DNA of 63,201 bases, the filler included, from Aduncisulcus paluster (Eukaryota): assembly GCA_024181965.1 (NCBI GenBank). It is 6 parts of 6 records of this genome, joined end to end, with 100 filler letters (N's around TTAATTAATTAA, not from the genome) between each part and the next. Parts side by side here need not be neighbours in the genome. Positions count along the whole stretch, not along the records: positions 22,647 to 32,079 come from BQXS01009699.1; positions 32,180 to 51,221 come from BQXS01009700.1; 4 more parts are not named here. One strand, given 5' to 3'. The position numbers were made by a program, and so were the translations under genes. Every line of letters starts with the position of its first letter. Positions within the stretch are counted from its first letter, which is position 1. Shown one piece after another: positions 26,049 to 38,966 of the stretch. Under the pieces are notes generated by a model. That model was not told where the DNA came from. It ran no database searches and was given only the letters and a program-made list of their open reading frames with translations.

Positions 26049-27292
26049 TATTATGTATAATTAAGTATAAATATGGTCATAATATTGCGGAGTTTAGATA
26101 ATTAATCGTTATTTTATTTATATAAATATATATATTCTATTTCCAACCATTTGTTGTTATTAATGTGGTATTTTGTTGATGGAATGGTTGTATTTGGCGT
26201 TGAATTGTAATAATAATAATAATTTTTGGTATATTTAATTAATTTTTTTTTTTGTGGTGTGGTATAAAGGCCTTTTATGGTAGAGGTCAATACCACAGTG
26301 GTGTTTGTTTCTGTTGTTTAAATCAATATATTCAGGATTACTTTCACTAATTCTGTCTTTGGTTTTTCGAAGTTTGATCATTTTCGGTTTCTTCGGTTTT
26401 TAGAGTTTCTTTGTTTGTTTTTCCTTGTATCTGTCTTATTTTTATCCAGTAATATTTATATCTATTCTTATAATATAAATATTTTAGATAATAATTTACC
26501 ATTTACACACCAATTTGATGAGTATTGTCAATTTTTTTTCCTTTAAATTTTCCCATACTTCATGGATCGAGGTTCGGATCCAGGTTTTAATTTTCGTGGC
26601 TATATATATATATCTAAAGTTGTCACAATATGGTTGTTTGTCGATGACAGGTTGTCATCGACTAAAGAATAAAATAGTTTTGTGTAATCAGCAGATATAT
26701 CATAATCTCCTGGGGTATATCCAGGCAAAATTCTTCCAACTTGAAAGCTTTCATGGATAAAACCAGAGTCTAATAATGTGTCTTTGATGGTCTGCGATAG
26801 CAACTTGCGCGCAAATTGAATCTTTCGATGCGAGGGTAATTTGTGGTAACAAATAAGCTTTGAAAATGAAGGAAAGTTTCAAAAGGATGTGGGATCTAAT
26901 TTAAGACCTAAATATGATATTAAAAGAAGACTCACCTCGAGAGAGATTAATCTCATAGAAATTGATGTCGTTGGGTGATTGAAAAAGCCTAGATAACCTT
27001 AGAACTAAGTTAGGTCGTGATAATTTACTAATTTCAAAGATTCTGAAGAGAAAAGTTTGATTTTAACCACCGAGAGATGAGAGATGAAAATAATGGAAAA
27101 ATAACGGCACTACAGAAATGTCATTTCTATTTTTAGAAAATCTATTTTTAGAATTACATTTTCCAAATGTCACAGAAATAGCTTAATTTGGAAGAATAAA
27201 TGCTCTACAAAGTTCAATTAATGTTCTAATAGTTATGGATATGATTTTTCTGTTAGAAAGACATCACTATTTGCTTGTGCAATGAATACATG

Positions 27293-27323
<31 letters not shown>

Positions 27324-27421
27324 GGTGTATAGAACCTAATTTTTGAAAAAAAGTTGGGAAGTCATCATAATCCAATCTATTGAATCATCCTCTCTTGTGG
27401 TTCATTCTTCAAATTTATAAT

Positions 27422-30400
27422 TCAAGGAAACTCATGTGGATTAGTTGTGGGTTTTTGAATTTCTAAAGAACCACTAAAAATTTTCCCAGTAGATCCAAAA
27501 TGTTTACATTTTTGTTCCTTAATAATATCCTCAATGGATGGACATTCAAATCCTTCTCCAATCTCTGGCAGTAAATGTTTGATGGGTCGTACCTTCTCAC
27601 GAGCTTCATGCACACTCATACGCTCGTCAATGTTAATTTTAGTTAAACCCTCATATATTTCATTCAAACATGCATGAACAGGTTGGAATTTATCCCCTTC
27701 AAAGGTCTTCAATTTTTTGAAAAGGTCAGAATCAGTTAGTTTTGTCAGTCTGTTCGTTTCCATTATCTTCAAAAGTAGATCGGTGAATGATGCCGTGTCA
27801 TCAATCCCTGACAAAAGAGGCATTTGAAGTATAGGATTATAACCAAAGAATAGTGCAAGGATAGATATTCCCAATGAATAAGCATCATTTTTTTGACAAT
27901 GAATTCCTTGAAGAGCTTGATACGAGTTGTAAACCAAAGTTCCACATTTAGATGTTGGATTAATTGAAGAAATATCTGACCATATCTGAGAAGGAGATAC
28001 ACCAGTGTAACTATTGGAAGAGGTCGAGGACGATATAGAATTTTGGATCTGTGCCAATCCAAGATCAGAGAGAACAACAGAACATTTCTTTGAAGCATCT
28101 ACTCGAACAAGGAAGTTGTCAGGTTTAATATCACGATGGATAAGACTTTTCTTTGCCTGGAAAACATCATCAAGACATTCAATCATTCCAACACATAAGA
28201 CACTCACTTTCACAGGGTTCAATGTCATGGGGTCATAATAGGTGGAATTATCAGTTTCGCTTCCTCCTGAAGAATATTCAGCAGCTTCTTTTCCATCTTC
28301 TTGGGCTTCAGACTTCTCAACAACACACCATTTCTTGGCAAAGGAACTCACACTGCCTCCAATACAAAACTCCATAAGGAATCCATAAACTCCCTTCAAA
28401 TCTGCATCAAGAAGATCAAGAATATACAAAGGACGAGGGATACGATTGAAACATTTGGGGTTGTTAAATAACTTTTGTTGCACCTTANNNNNNNNNNNNN
28501 NNNNNNNTAAGACACTCACTTTCACAGGGTTCAATGTCATGGGGTCATAATAGGTGGAATTATCAGTTTCGCTTCCTCCTGAAGAATATTCAGCAGCTTC
28601 TTTTCCATCTTCTTGGGCTTCAGACTTCTCAACAACACACCATTTCTTGGCAAAGGAACTCACACTGCCTCCAATACAAAACTCCATAAGGAATCCATAA
28701 ACTCCCTTCAAATCTGCATCAAGAAGATCAAGAATATACAAAGGACGAGGGATACGATTGAAACATTTGGGGTTGTTAAATAACTTTTGTTGCACCTTAA
28801 ACTCCTTGCGACATGTCTTGACAACTTTTTCATCAGCTTTCCGAAGCATCTTCTTCAGAACACAGGGAATGGGAATACCTTCAACCTCGACAAGAAGAAC
28901 TTCACCAAATCCGCCCTGACCAATGATGCACTGAGGAGAAATGGTTGCAGAGGAAGTGAGAGTGAAGGAGTCATGTTTGACAAGTTTGGAAGAATCGGAA
29001 GGAAGAGGAGGAATATCATCACCTGTAATGAAAATAAGGGAGACCATTTTAAAAGAACGACTGTTTTTCTCTCTCCACTTTCCTTTCCCTTGAATCTCAC
29101 ATAAAATAACATTTGGCAAATCAATAGGAAGGAAGTGACATTCATAGCCATGTTTAGGTCTTGTGAATTCATACTTTTTGGAAATCTTCTTACCATTAGA
29201 AAGAGTGAAAGTGAAGAGAAGTTGAGGTGAACTCCAATCTTCTTCCACACAGATATAAGCCCCTTTCATAGGACTTGGTGACGGAAAAGGAATGGAAAGA
29301 TGGGATGAGATGACACCATCATCTTCCCCTATTAACATTTCCTGTGCATCGGAACTCACATCATAATCCTCATGTTCTCCCTTTAACATTTTTTGTGCGT
29401 TTGAACTCATATCATATTCCTTTGATTCCTTACTTCTTGAATCATCCTTTCCCTTTACCAATTCAAATGAAGGATTGATAACAAGTGGATCATCTCTAGG
29501 AATTGGAGGGGAATCATCATCTCCTTCTGCAATAAACTCAGGTATTATAGTTGACTAAATAAATCGAAACAATTTGGATAAATATATTGTTATCAATAAA
29601 CATAAAGAAATAAAGAACAAAGATAAAAACAAAGAAAAATAAACGTACAGCTTCAGTCCACATTTTTGATATTAGAAATTCAGTCGATTTTCGGGTATGC
29701 TCTTCTTCAACTGTTTCTTCTCGAACAAAAGCAAGAGATTTAAGATAAATAATAGAATATTCAATCTTTTTCTCTCCTTTTTGTTTAAATTCTCCTTCAA
29801 TCTCACACAAAACAACATCGGAAAGATCAATTGGGAGGAAATACCATCTTTCCATTGCAAAGGAAGGAAATTCATACTTGATGGATTGTATCTTCCCTAT
29901 AGAAGAAGTGAAAGTGAAGATAAGATGTTCTGGAAATGCACGAGCACTTGAACTTGGCAAACATATATAAGCACCTTTAATGGGGGTGGAAGGAGAGAAA
30001 GGGATAGAAATATGAGTAAAATAATCTTGTGAATCATTCCCTTTGATCATTCTTTTGGCAAAGTCCCTCCTATCCCTCCCTGAACCTCGAGTTTCATTCC
30101 TTGCCTCAATACCTCCAAATGCAGGATCAATAATATTTGGGGCATCTCTTGGGATCGGAATACATGAATAATCTCCTTCTTGAACAAAAGTAACTTCTTT
30201 TATGTATATGTGTCTTTTGAGGAACACAAGAGAATTGATATAAAAATATCGACTATTCTTCTTTTCCCATGTTCCTTTCCCTTCAATTTCACACAAAACA
30301 ACATTTTCTAAATCAATAGGAAGGAAGTGCCATTCATGCCAATATTCAGGCCATTTGAATTCATATTTCTTGGATATTTTCTTGCCATCAGAAAGAGTGA

Positions 30401-32079
30401 AAGTGAAGAGAAGCTGAGGCGAACTATAATCCTTATAAACACAGATATAAGCACCTTTCATAGGACTTGGTGTTGGGAAAGGTATGGAAAGATGGGATAA
30501 GTAAACATAATCTTCTCCTTTTAACATTTTCTGTGCTCTAGAACTCTGATCATAATCTTCAGATTCCTTCCTATTTAAATCATCCTTGGCCATTACCAGT
30601 TCAAATGAAGGAATAATAATATCTGGATCGTCACGAGGAATAGGAATAAAACTGGAATTTCCCGGGTTCATGAATTCTGGCTTTGAAATGGTCTTAAATA
30701 CGTAACAACGATCATTGAAATAAAATATAGCAAATAAAAAAATCACAAGAATCATAAGATTGGTAAATAAATTAAAGGTTTCACTTCAATAAAACAAACA
30801 AATAATTACAAACATACAGCTTCTGCCCAACAATGTTCATGCACTTCACGAGCATTACGTTCCTCGGAGGTTTCTTCTCGGATGAAAACGAGAGATTCTA
30901 TGGTAAATACTCGACTATTCTTATGTTCCCATGTACCTATTCCATCAATATCACATAAAATAACATTTGATAAATCAATTGGAAGAAAGTGCCATTCATA
31001 TCCATGTTTGGGTCGTTTTAATTCATACTTCTTGAATGTCTTTGTACCATCAAAAAGAGTGAAAGTGAAGAGAAGAGAAGGTGAACTGGTATATTCATGC
31101 ATATATGACTTTTTACCCACACAGATATAAGCACCTTTCATTGAGCTTGGTGAGAGAAAAGGTATGGAAATATGGGATAATGTGACATCCCCTCCCCCCT
31201 TTAACATTCTTTGTGCTCTTGAACTCTTATCATATTCATGTAATTCCTTACTATATGAATAGTCACTTCCATTCACCATTTCATATGCAGGATCAATGAG
31301 TGTTGGATCATCACGAGGAATAGGAATAGAATATCTATCTACTTCATTCATAAACTTAGGTGTCACAATTGTAGCTTCAGACCAGAATTTCTCAAGAGCT
31401 GTTTCTCTGTATTTACGAAAAGTTGATTCTTCGGGTGTTTCTTCTCGAACGAAAGCGAGGTATTGGATTAAAACTGTCTTTTTTTTAGAATCTACCACAA
31501 GCGCCTCAAAACTAACAATATTAGGGATCTCGATTGGAAGATAGAACCATTGATGTCTTCGAAATCTAGGAAATGTATACTGATTGCTTATTTTTCCCCC
31601 TGAAGAAGAAGTGAACTTGACGATAAGCTGGCGAGAAGACAAATCATCACTTATCCAAATATAAGCCCCTTTTGTGGAGGATGGTTTTGGAAAAGGGAAT
31701 TCCACAGGTTTGGCATGTTCCAATTCCATATATTTGAACCAAGCAAAAACAAGGGTCGGATCATCCCGAGGGATAGGAATAATATCAGGTAGTGCTCGAT
31801 CAATTGGTTGAGCCTTAATTGTATCGGTAGAAATATCAATCTTCAAAAAAAATTATCAGAGAGAATTGAAATTAGAATGACAAAAAAAAAGTAACATACA
31901 GTGATTGATCTACAACTTGAACTTAAATGTGGTGCCAATTCTTCGGTATTTTCATCTTCACTACTCTCATTCCTGGAAGAGTCTTCTGAAACTCTATGGA
32001 TTCCAGCATAGTCATCCGAAAATCTCGATGTTGTTTCAATGAATTCCCTGATTTTGAGTCTAAAAGATCCAGATAGTGT
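27422..32079 (-). CDS. Multi-exon protein kinase with five ~150-aa N-terminal repeats, 5'-truncated
   Basis: Kinase motifs IGQGGFGEV, VLKK, HRDIKPDN, DLG, GTLVY. Phase-0 introns at 31841-31899, 30693-30817 and 29555-29648 join ORFs 30806, 29538 and 27422. The internal duplication around gap 28488-28507 is an assembly artefact. Confidence 0.85.
29555..29648 (-). other. Spliceosomal intron (94 nt, phase 0)
   Basis: GTACGT...TTTAG; splicing gives WTEA|STIIPEF and restores the repeat pattern. Confidence 0.85.
30693..30817 (-). other. Spliceosomal intron (125 nt, phase 0)
   Basis: GTATGT...TTAAG; splicing gives WAEA|TISKPEF, matching the unspliced WSEATIVTPKF. Confidence 0.8.
31841..31899 (-). 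other. Spliceosomal intron (59 nt; alternative in-frame acceptor at 31814)
   Basis: GTATGT...TTCTAAT...AAG; the upstream exon is open to the scaffold edge. Confidence 0.65.
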
Positions 32080-32179
32080 NNNNNNNNNNNNNNNNNNNNN
32101 NNNNNNNNNNNNNNNNNNNNNNNTTAATTAATTAANNNNNNNNNNNNNNNNNNNNNNNNNNNNNNNNNNNNNNNNNNNN
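32080..32179. other. Synthetic scaffold linker
   Basis: N44-TTAATTAATTAA-N44. Confidence 0.97.
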
Positions 32180-32221
32180 CATAAAAGAAATTTTGTTCAT
32201 CATTCATTCCAGACTATATCC

Positions 32222-33844
32222 ATGGAACAAGATGCTGATTCCATGCCATTGACTCCTCTTCTTCATCAAAATGATCAAAATAATTTTTCTAATTTTGGGA
32301 TTGATGCCACTCCCACCGAGATATCTGATATTGTTGACCATTCTCATGACATTAGTGATGTTTCTGAGATCATCGTTGATCGGCATGATGAAGAACCAAT
32401 GCATGACGAATGGGATGACAGTGTTTCAATTGATGGGACTTCAGTTTCCCATATTGATGGAGGTTTTTTACCAACAATGAGACGTTCTTCGACTGCGACC
32501 GATTTGACTCCTTTTGTTCGAATCGATGAAACAACTCATGATAAGGAGTCTCGGCATCACCGTTCCTCTTCATTTCCTTCCCCAAGATCCCAGATCTATG
32601 AAGAACAAATTCATATTTTACATAACCATCTTATGGAAAAAACGCCAAAACTCAAAAAATCTCTTTCTGGTTACTTTAACAGCCCATTTCAATTGAAAAG
32701 CAAGAAACCAAAGAAAGTTCATGTGAAATCTGTTCCCACTACCGACATATATGTTGCTCCAGAGAGGGTCAAAGTGGCAGAACGGGTATTTTCTCGTCTC
32801 CCATATATTGGTGTTCCTTGTTATGGCGAAGAAAGGAGGCGAATAATAATGAATCAAGCTACAAGTCCAATTGGGAAAGTTACTTATGATGAAAGTGATG
32901 AAAAATCCACTGTTGTTCGATCTCCATTTGACCAACAGGCTTATCTTGCTTGGGAAGAAATATTCAAGAATTTATTTGCAAAACCAAGTATATATGAGGA
33001 AAAAGAAGTTAAAGAATTTGAACGAACTCGAACCCATCTTTTGAGTAATCGTTTTCAATTACTTCGACTTCGTATGCTCTCGATTGCGTCTTTCCACGCC
33101 TCTCTATTATATTGGCAAATGTATTACATGACATCCAAGCCCTCTGCTCAGGATCAGAAGCTTACTGACGATGACAAAGCAAAAGCCAGGGATGCTTTGG
33201 CTCGGAATCAAGATCCTTCAACTATTCATACTTACGTTGACACATGTTGCAAAGAACGGTCGGATGATATCACAGATTCTCACTTGTCCATTGGTCTCAC
33301 TTTCCTGAAGATTGTCATGAAGAATCTCATCTGTTTGCTCGATATTGTTGAGGATGATAAACGGGAAGGCGATGGGATGACACGTGATTTGAAACGTGAT
33401 ATTGTTGAGGTTTTATATGAATGTTTATACCTTAGTTATCACATACCGTTTCGTGTTGGAATGAGAAAGTCAGCAGATATTATTGAAATTCGAGAAATGG
33501 TTTTTGGTTCTTTCAAAAATCACAAATCATTGAGAGAATCCTTGAAAGAAGTTGAATTTCGGAAGCATTTAGGTGTTTTAAAACAAATTCTTGAGAACAA
33601 AGAGGATAATTATGAAAGGATGAATAGTTTTTATTCTGAATTTTTACCTGATTTATATGCTCGGTTAAGTGTTACAAGGAAGTCTACGGTAACTTCGAGA
33701 GACGAGAGAATCACCGAACAAGACAAAAAACTGATAAGTATAGATATTGAGAGAGTTATTGATGGTCGTGATGACATTAAGAGCTTTCTTACTTGGATTG
33801 TTATCCTTGAAGAATTATTGGGTATTTCATTCGATCAAAGTTAA
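32222..33844 (+). CDS. Hypothetical protein (540 aa)
   Basis: Long ORF with an acidic disordered N-terminus and helical C-terminus. Confidence 0.8.
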   Translation: MEQDADSMPLTPLLHQNDQNNFSNFGIDATPTEISDIVDHSHDISDVSEIIVDRHDEEPMHDEWDDSVSIDGTSVSHIDGGFLPTMRRSSTATDLTPFVRIDETTHDKESRHHRSSSFPSPRSQIYEEQIHILHNHLMEKTPKLKKSLSGYFNSPFQLKSKKPKKVHVKSVPTTDIYVAPERVKVAERVFSRLPYIGVPCYGEERRRIIMNQATSPIGKVTYDESDEKSTVVRSPFDQQAYLAWEEIFKNLFAKPSIYEEKEVKEFERTRTHLLSNRFQLLRLRMLSIASFHASLLYWQMYYMTSKPSAQDQKLTDDDKAKARDALARNQDPSTIHTYVDTCCKERSDDITDSHLSIGLTFLKIVMKNLICLLDIVEDDKREGDGMTRDLKRDIVEVLYECLYLSYHIPFRVGMRKSADIIEIREMVFGSFKNHKSLRESLKEVEFRKHLGVLKQILENKEDNYERMNSFYSEFLPDLYARLSVTRKSTVTSRDERITEQDKKLISIDIERVIDGRDDIKSFLTWIVILEELLGISFDQS

Positions 33845-34275
33845 TATATGTCAATAAATCATTGACAATGATGATTATATTTTAATCTTATGAATCATAT
33901 ATGATTCAATCATAAGTTATGAGAATTATTCTCAGATAATAAATCAATCGTTATAGTATAACGTTATACTGAAAAATGGATCAGAATAGTATAGATCTTT
34001 CTAGCTCCTAGTTTAATATAATATAACTCCAAGAAATATCAGCCATCCCATTTACGGGGGTTATCAAATAGTCATATTTATTGTCTAAAACTTCTTTATC
34101 CTCATTTCGAACAGTGAGGAAAGACATTACATAGAAAACTGACACAAAAAAGATGAAAAGATAAGATGAATAGAAATCGAGCCATGAATTATTTTCTTAT
34201 AATTTACCTAACAACGATAAGAAATGGTCTCGAAGTTATAACTGATATAAAATAAAATCAATTAAACAACAACCA

Positions 34276-34375
<100 letters not shown>

Positions 34376-34481
34376 AAAATTGAAATAATATAGAAATCGA
34401 ATAACGTAGAAAAATAAATAATACTCGATAATAAGAAAAGATAGATTAAACAAATACAATTTAAGCTCCAATTACACAAAT

Positions 34482-37400
34482 TTACCAAATATCATCAGAA
34501 GTGCTCATTCGCACACTTCCGACTGTACTTGGTCGTCTGAATTGCATCGCCGATGATTTCAACAGAGCCATTCGAAGTTCGAATGCAGAACCTGAATTGG
34601 GTGATCCAGAAGGGTTACTACTATCCTTTCTTGGGGATATTTTCTTAACATCAATCGCTGACGAATCTGTATCATCAGTGTCAACATCAATCACAATGTC
34701 ATTTCCCATCTTGTGTGAATACATTTCATCATAAAACTTTGGAGATTTCTTCTTCTTCCCCAAGATTTGTCCAGAGCTTGAGGAACCATCTTCCACAACA
34801 TCTGAAAGCTCACCACCACTCAGAACAGATGCCATCCCACCACGTCTTGGAAGTTGTTTCTTCGATCCTTTCTCAATGGTCATGCTATAATGTCCAAGCC
34901 CGGACAAGACATCCCGACTATTTCTTCTTGGTTGTTTTTGCATAAATACAGGAGGAGATGAAATTCCTGAGCGTTTTATGCTACTAAACTCAGTATTGTC
35001 ACTGAATGCTGACACAAAGGGAAGTCCGTCGCCTCTCTTGGATCCCACACCTGTCTTTGCTCTAGGTAAGGTTCCAAACGTTCGACTTCTCTTCAATTTG
35101 TTCCCATCTCGAGAATTAGGAACCGCCGACACGGACACAAAGGATGATGCTTCCTGTAATTCACTCTTCGTGAAGACATCATTCAACGAGGGAGGTGCAA
35201 GACCGCAGCAACAACACCACAATTGCTTGCATGAAGCCTTGCATTCACATCCATAACCTTTACATTGGACACAGCAGCAAGATATCAGGAAGCAGAGCAG
35301 GAGCATGATAGAGAATGGAATCAAGGTCAGACAAAGACTTTCCGATACAACTGGAATGTAAGAAGAAAAGGAGATGGAGAAAGAAGAAGAATGTGAGATA
35401 GAAGAAACCCCAGATCCGGACGAATCTGTGAAGGAAATAGTCGCAGAAACAGACACGGGATCAAATTCAAAGGAAGAATCAATTCCTGAGACAGAACATG
35501 ATAGTTTCTCAAGAAAATCACTATTTATAGATTCAATTGAAGTTGCTGAGAAAGATATACCTTCCTGAACTGACATTCCATCGTAAGTATATTCTACTGT
35601 CGGTGCTAAGAAGAGCGAAATGGGAGAGGGAAGTGATGAAGGGATGTTAGAGGGGAGTGGAATATCTATATGATAAGAGACATCAAGGACTGAATTTGTA
35701 TTATTCGTGACGAACAAAGGGAAAGAAGAATCCCTATTCCTGATATCCACCTCCGTTGAATCGGAACTAACCGCGGAAAGCTCAATCGAATCCCCAGATG
35801 AGGTCAGAGCAAAGACGCTCTGAGGTCTGCTTAGAAGATCCTTCCGAATTGAACTAATCTCTTCAATTCCGATATAGGCATCTCCAGAGATACACACGGG
35901 AATGATTTCAAAAGACTCATCATCAAGAGAAGAGGAAAATGTACTAGATTTAGAAGAGGTCAAACACAATGCACCATCCAAATCAAGAATTAATACACTC
36001 ATGAATATTGAATTAGATGACGAATCAAAATAGGAGGACACGATGTATTCTTCCCCCACGTATGTGTTGGAAGTCCGAGGAGAAGCAGCAAGACTTTCGG
36101 TGACAGAAGAACCCATAGAGATGTCAAGATAATCATTCAATGACTCAAACGAAGCAGAGTTTGTCGATAAATTCCCAAATTGATCATACCACCGGGCTTT
36201 GAGTCGAATTTCATTCACAACAAGCGAATAAAGAGGAAACGAAGAGTAGAGGAGGAGAGAAGATGGGAGAAGTGAAGGAGACGAATCCGCCCCAAGTGGC
36301 ACAAGGAGAACTTGTGCCGATGATCCACTAGCTACGGTGAATACGGTAGATATCGTGAATGAAGTGAAGATTTCCTCATCCCGACACTCCAGAGGCGATG
36401 ACATANNNNNNNNNNNNNNNNNNNNCAAGACTTTCGGTGACAGAAGAACCCATAGAGATGTCAAGATAATCATTCAATGACACAAACGAAGCAGAGTTTG
36501 TCGATAAATTCCCAAATTGATCATACCACCGGGCTTTGAGTCGAATTTCATTCACAACAAGCGAATAAAGAGGAAACGAAGAGTAGAGGAGGAGAGAAGA
36601 TGGGAGAAGTGAAGGAGACGAATCCGCCCCAAGTGGCACAAGGAGAACTTGTGCCGATGATCCACTAGCTACGGTGAATACGGTAGATATCGTGAATGAA
36701 GTGAAGATTTCCTCATCCCGACACTCCAGAGGCGATGACATACACGTCGGATTGGGAGAAACAGTCGTAGTGAGAGAATATGTGCCACTAATTGTTGGGG
36801 AAAATAGAAAAGAGGAGGAAACTTCGGGGTCAGAGACAGAAGAAACATCGGGAATGGAATAGACGGTCGACATTGTTGTCACGACTCCAGAACAGAAAGC
36901 AGACGAAGGATAAGTGGATCCAGAATAATTGGCGAGAGCATTCGAATCACAAGAACTTATTGAAACAGAAGAAGAGAGGAGAGGAGCTTTTGTATCCCCA
37001 TTAATCACTGGATTGCTATACAAATCTCTTAGGGTAGTGGAAATATAAATATCTTCATCAACAGTCCGCGGAGAGGTCCCACTAAGATGGTTTATATATA
37101 TGATGGTCTTAGATTTGCTTGGAGCTGTTGGGAAAACAGTGATTGCAGCAGGAGACTCTGGGAAAGGATAATCTCCCATTCTTACGTGTAAATACATGTA
37201 TTCTCCAGAAGAAAGCTGCGAATACGTATATGTTCCTGTAGAAATGTCATAATCATCATATGAAAGAGCGTAAATCGTATTTAGAGTTGTACTTGAAAAA
37301 GACGATGTCTGAGTGAATTTAATTGTCGGTAAATTAGTCGATCTGATCTTTGTTACATTGTTATATTCATCGAAAACTTGAATTGAAAAGGAAACAGAAT

Positions 37401-37872
37401 CTCCAGCAGTTACAGAATCAGGAACTGAAAGAAAACTATTTGAATAATTAATATAACCCGAATTAGTTGAATATAGGCTCGAAAAAGTATCATTGCACGT
37501 ATCAGTTCCATCAAAGATCGAATATTTGATTGATACCGATCCAGGAACGGTACATCTTGCCGTAGCGACGATTCTTTCACAATTATTATTAAGAACAAAC
37601 GATGGATCTTCAACAACAATTTCAGAAGAATCTCCACAGACAAAAGTAATGGAGGCAGATGAAGGTGCTTCGGTAGCACAGGTTTCGATATTATTTTCAA
37701 CAATATAATAAGGAATAGAAATTGAAACTAGGGTAGAAGTGAGAATTTCACTTCCTGTATAGTCAGGGGCCAAACTATAAGTTCGAATCCGACTACAATC
37801 GATAGAAGAGGAAAAAATCGGGTAAAAAATCGAAAAGACAATTAGAAAAAATAAATTGAAATATGGAATCAT
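34482..37872 (-). CDS. Type I membrane protein with Ser/Thr-rich, filamin/Ig-like ectodomain; split by an assembly gap
   Basis: Signal peptide; repeated VTAGDSVSFSIQVFDEYNN / TLRDLYSNP / RWYDQFGN motifs; TM segment followed by a Cys cluster. De-duplication at gap 36406-36425 joins the two ORFs (SVTESL-AASP). Confidence 0.75.
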
Positions 37873-38132
37873 TTTTGAACAATAAAATATCGAGGTATAC
37901 TAGGAAATTGCCGAGAAAACACTAATATCATGAAATGATGCTTCTGGATTAAGTTGATCTGTCTTGAAAGTTCAAAATACAACCATGAAGAGTGCAAGCA
38001 ACTCACCGGATTTATTTTTATTGGAAAACAAATGATAAACGCTGTTAGTTTCCGATCAGTCACTGATTCAGGAAATCTAAGTAAAAGAGACAAAATACTG
38101 TCTAGTTTATAAAATAAATTGGATAATAATTA

Positions 38133-38705
38133 TTAATATTTTTTGCCTTTGCTCAATTTCCAGGGTTTAATGGCAGTTTTTTCAAATTTTTTGGAAGCTT
38201 TCTCCTTTCTATCCTCATCTCCCATCAATAGCCTTCTTTCCCTCGCTGTAATAGATGTAAAATCGAGAACTTTCAATGTTGGAAGCTTATATACAAGTTT
38301 CGCCCTTAATCCTGGTGATTTAGCGATTGGATTTGCATGAAGTGTAAGAGAATAAAGGTTAAGGGCTGTAAGCGATGTCAGAGCGAATCTTTTTTCAATC
38401 TTATTGTCGTGTAAATACAATGATTTGAGCCCAGGAAGCGATAATACTTCTTTGGGAATTGAAGAAAAAAGGTTAGATGAAATATCCAAAATCTTAACGT
38501 CTAATATGTTAACAACAATTACATCAAGAACCTCAAGCAATCCATCAAGTGAAATTAAATCATTTGAACAGAGTTTAATTGTCGTTGGACCTTGTTGTTC
38601 TCGGGTTATATCTTGTCGGGCAACTATCCCACTATGAGGGTGTAGTGTAAGTAATTCACGAATATTTTTAATTCCCATGTCTGAATAATCGACAATATTT
38701 GACAT
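38133..38705 (-). CDS. Leucine-rich repeat protein, LRRC51-like
   Basis: LDISSN, LKSLYLHDNKI, LTLHANPI repeats and LRR cap LPTLKVLDFTSITARER; 190 aa. Confidence 0.8.
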   Translation of the reverse strand: MSNIVDYSDMGIKNIRELLTLHPHSGIVARQDITREQQGPTTIKLCSNDLISLDGLLEVLDVIVVNILDVKILDISSNLFSSIPKEVLSLPGLKSLYLHDNKIEKRFALTSLTALNLYSLTLHANPIAKSPGLRAKLVYKLPTLKVLDFTSITARERRLLMGDEDRKEKASKKFEKTAIKPWKLSKGKKY

Positions 38706-38966
38706 TTAATCTCAATTTTCTACTATATTGTTGCCAAAATCTAACGTTCTACTTTCATTTTGCCGTCAATTGGCAATTGCAGGATTTAAAGTGGAATGAA
38801 GTGCGATAAATCATAAGTAAATATGATTACAAATATATTTTTACCAAACAATTTTATTGATAAACTTAAATTTCGGCAAAACTAAACATCCATATGAATG
38901 ACCAGGTAGGATATTGTTATTAAATATTTAATATCATAGGATGTGTTTATGATTATTAATAATTGA

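Noticed and set aside
28196-28797. Apparent internal duplication in the kinase domain
   Set aside because: Identical copies flank a 20-N gap; this is a contig overlap.
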